Position numbers and translations under genes: made by a program. Under the pieces are notes generated by a model. It did no database searches. It worked only from the letters and a program-made list of their open reading frames with translations, and had not been told where the DNA came from. This document shows positions 63,501 to 64,000 of a stretch of 64,000 nucleotides of DNA, one piece after another; within the stretch, counting starts at the first letter, position 1, and each line of letters opens with the position of its first letter. The DNA comes from Lytechinus pictus (taxonomy: Eukaryota), in the NCBI RefSeq assembly GCF_037042905.1, contig NC_087252.1, positions 16,990,001 to 17,054,000 of the forward strand, read 5' to 3'.

Positions 63501-63748
63501 TTTGTGATGATGAGGGTAATTAAAATAATAACCAACATACATGCCATCTCTGCATACACTTGACATACGTCACTAATCATCCTCTTTTATTCATGTTTAA
63601 TTCTTGATTTACAGGAAACAATAACAAGACCATGGAGGTTCAACCGATTTACCAACCTGCTTCTGATCGACTAGAGCTTTCAGTTTTGTCCAATTCAGCT
63701 CATATTTCGAACATCAAAGTGTCTTCAAACATCTGTTTGATTCTGTAA
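37352..63748 (+). CDS. GUCY1B2-like: Soluble guanylate cyclase beta-2-like subunit, 15 coding exons, 710 aa
   Basis: join(37352-37354,38996-39069,41589-41683,45636-45899,47000-47172,49189-49364,51898-51988,54830-55004,55514-55677,57678-57834,59634-59782,60916-61062,61618-61772,62506-62681,63615-63748). All introns GT-AG, phases compatible, 2133 nt. MYG start, H-NOX His and YxSxR, PAS, coiled coil, cyclase, CaaX. Orthology is inferred from motifs, not from a tree. Confidence 0.9.
38996..39069 (+). CDS. sGC exon 2 (H-NOX N-terminus)
   Basis: cag|[24 protein letters not shown]|gtgag. Confidence 0.92.
39584..40110. mobile_element. Tc1/mariner-type MITE (intron 2)
   Basis: Ends (T)AGTGCGTCC / GGACGCACTG with TA flanks. 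Confidence 0.65.
40961..41227. mobile_element. TA-flanked MITE
   Basis: CACTGTAAA / TTTAGAGTG ends; related partial copy at ~17510-17700. Confidence 0.6.
41276..41554. mobile_element. Palindromic MITE (same family as 63050-63310)
   Basis: Inverted arms CCTTTGAAAATGCAA / TTGCATTTTCAAAGG and GGCTTTTGTCGAAAGT / ACTTTCGACAAAAGCC. Confidence 0.75.
41589..41683 (+). CDS. sGC exon 3
   Basis: [36 protein letters not shown] boundaries. Confidence 0.92.
42260..42510. repeat. (GAT/GGT)n microsatellite
   Basis: Direct observation. Confidence 0.9.
45636..45899 (+). CDS. sGC exon 4 (heme-ligand His, YxSxR)
   Basis: ...LDFLHSVY...PSFR...LHYYSNR... Confidence 0.95.
45912..46317. mobile_element. TTAA-flanked non-autonomous element next to the exon 4 donor
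   Basis: TTAA at 45908-45911 and 46318-46321; imperfect TIR AGAGAAATTCCAGT / ACTAGCATTTACCT. Confidence 0.55.
47000..47172 (+). CDS. sGC exon 5
   Basis: [20 protein letters not shown]...TDE|gtaaag. Confidence 0.88.
47846..48445. mobile_element. TTAA-type non-autonomous DNA transposon (family of 12284-12861)
   Basis: Collinear similarity to 12284-12861; AGGACAAGTCC...GGACCTGACCT-TTAA. Confidence 0.75.
49189..49364 (+). CDS. sGC exon 6 (H-NOX/PAS linker)
   Basis: Open in phase 0 to 2; ends FHPNLPE(R), joining [13 protein letters not shown] as in beta2 subunits; missed by the ORF track. Confidence 0.75.
49480..49780. repeat. (TTC/CTC)n low-complexity tract
   Basis: Direct observation. Confidence 0.9.
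51898..51988 (+). CDS. sGC exon 7 (PAS/HNOBA)
   Basis: [30 protein letters not shown]. Confidence 0.93.
52066..53733 (-). mobile_element. Tc1-family DNA transposon (1668 bp) in sGC intron 7
   Basis: Perfect 25-bp TIR CACTGTTGGTCATAAAGGTGGAATA; TA TSD (52064-52065, 53734-53735). Confidence 0.95.
52404..53425 (-). pseudogene. Tc1 DD34E transposase with one frameshift near 53181-53185
   Basis: N-terminal HTH and GRPR motif in one frame (ATG at 53425); [15 protein letters not shown] and [11 protein letters not shown] in another. Confidence 0.88.
54830..55004 (+). CDS. sGC exon 8
   Basis: LQELCP...HPEIELT...LSMR. Confidence 0.92.
55514..55677 (+). CDS. sGC exon 9
   Basis: GQM...FLSSP...[14 protein letters not shown]. 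Confidence 0.95.
55766..56092. mobile_element. MITE built of TTCCGAAGGTTCGTTAATCCGAA subrepeats
   Basis: 8-bp TSD ATGTTATC (55758-55765, 56093-56100); inverted subrepeat arrays. Confidence 0.75.
57678..57834 (+). CDS. sGC exon 10 (coiled coil)
   Basis: [10 protein letters not shown]...[18 protein letters not shown]. Confidence 0.95.
57881..58156. mobile_element. Palindromic MITE
   Basis: GGGGCCCCGTCTTACAAAGAGTTGCGATTGATCCG / CGGATCAATCGTAACTCTTTGTAACACGGGGCCC. Confidence 0.75.
59634..59782 (+). CDS. sGC exon 11 (cyclase)
   Basis: [12 protein letters not shown]...VYK. Confidence 0.95.
60215..60965 (+). repeat. ~195-200 bp tandem array: LINE RT fragment + partial copy of cyclase exon 12
   Basis: [17 protein letters not shown] DNA at ~60217, 60403, 60604 and 60810; exon-12-like starts at 60319, 60522 and 60720, then the true exon at 60916. 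Confidence 0.8.
60916..61062 (+). CDS. sGC exon 12 (cyclase)
   Basis: [29 protein letters not shown]...EVQ. Confidence 0.95.
61618..61772 (+). CDS. sGC exon 13 (cyclase)
   Basis: [39 protein letters not shown]. Confidence 0.96.
62506..62681 (+). CDS. sGC exon 14
   Basis: [16 protein letters not shown] followed by a Ser/Thr-rich tail. Confidence 0.9.
63050..63310. mobile_element. Palindromic MITE (family of 41276-41554)
   Basis: ACTACGGAGACACT / AGTGTCTCCGTAGT ends. Confidence 0.75.
63615..63748 (+). CDS. sGC exon 15 (terminal, CaaX)
   Basis: tttacag acceptor, phase-compatible, ends [11 protein letters not shown]. Confidence 0.8.
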
Positions 63749-63765
63749 AATGGTTTTAGTGTTTG

Positions 63766-64000
63766 TATATATTTGCTGTTATTTATTCTTTGTTTTAGTT
63801 TTACGTGTTGTCGATGTGAAATTCTAATTAATTTAAATTGTTCGGTACATGTAGGCGCTAGGCGCGGACCCTTGCAGGGAAGCACGTTGCCGCGAAATTG
63901 TTCGTATATTATTTGCTGTTATTTATTCCTTTTTTTATTTAAGTTTTATGTGTTGTCGATGTGAATTTCTAATTAATTTCAATTGTTCGGTACATGCAGG
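63766..64000 (+). repeat. ~140-bp tandem repeat starting just after the sGC stop codon (runs off the window)
   Basis: ATTTGCTGTTATTTATT at 63771 and 63911; TGTTGTCGATGTGAA..AATTGTTCGGTACATG repeated. Confidence 0.8.

Overview
Eukaryotic, AT-rich, repeat-dense genomic DNA from a marine invertebrate; the repeat style suggests a sea urchin, which is inference only. The right half holds one complete 15-exon + strand gene (37352-63748, 2133 nt, 710 aa) for a beta2-like soluble guanylate cyclase: H-NOX, PAS, coiled coil, cyclase and a C-terminal CaaX (CLIL). The left half is intergenic. It contains an apparently intact Ngaro-type (DIRS superfamily) tyrosine-recombinase retrotransposon (22377-29447, - strand) with split direct repeats that look identical by eye, inserted at a TTATCT core inside a fold-back element. 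Other elements are a near-intact Tc1 transposon in sGC intron 7, a Helentron/HINE-like element carrying a tRNA-like cassette, LINE fragments, tRNA-derived SINEs and many MITEs. Most interesting: (i) a short retroposon-like sequence with a 7SL (SRP Alu-domain)-like head; (ii) the Ngaro recombination core, terminal hairpin and unexplained 4th ORF; (iii) a ~200-bp tandem array of chimeric 'cyclase exon start + LINE RT fragment' units just upstream of the real catalytic exon. All alignments were made by eye and no searches were run.
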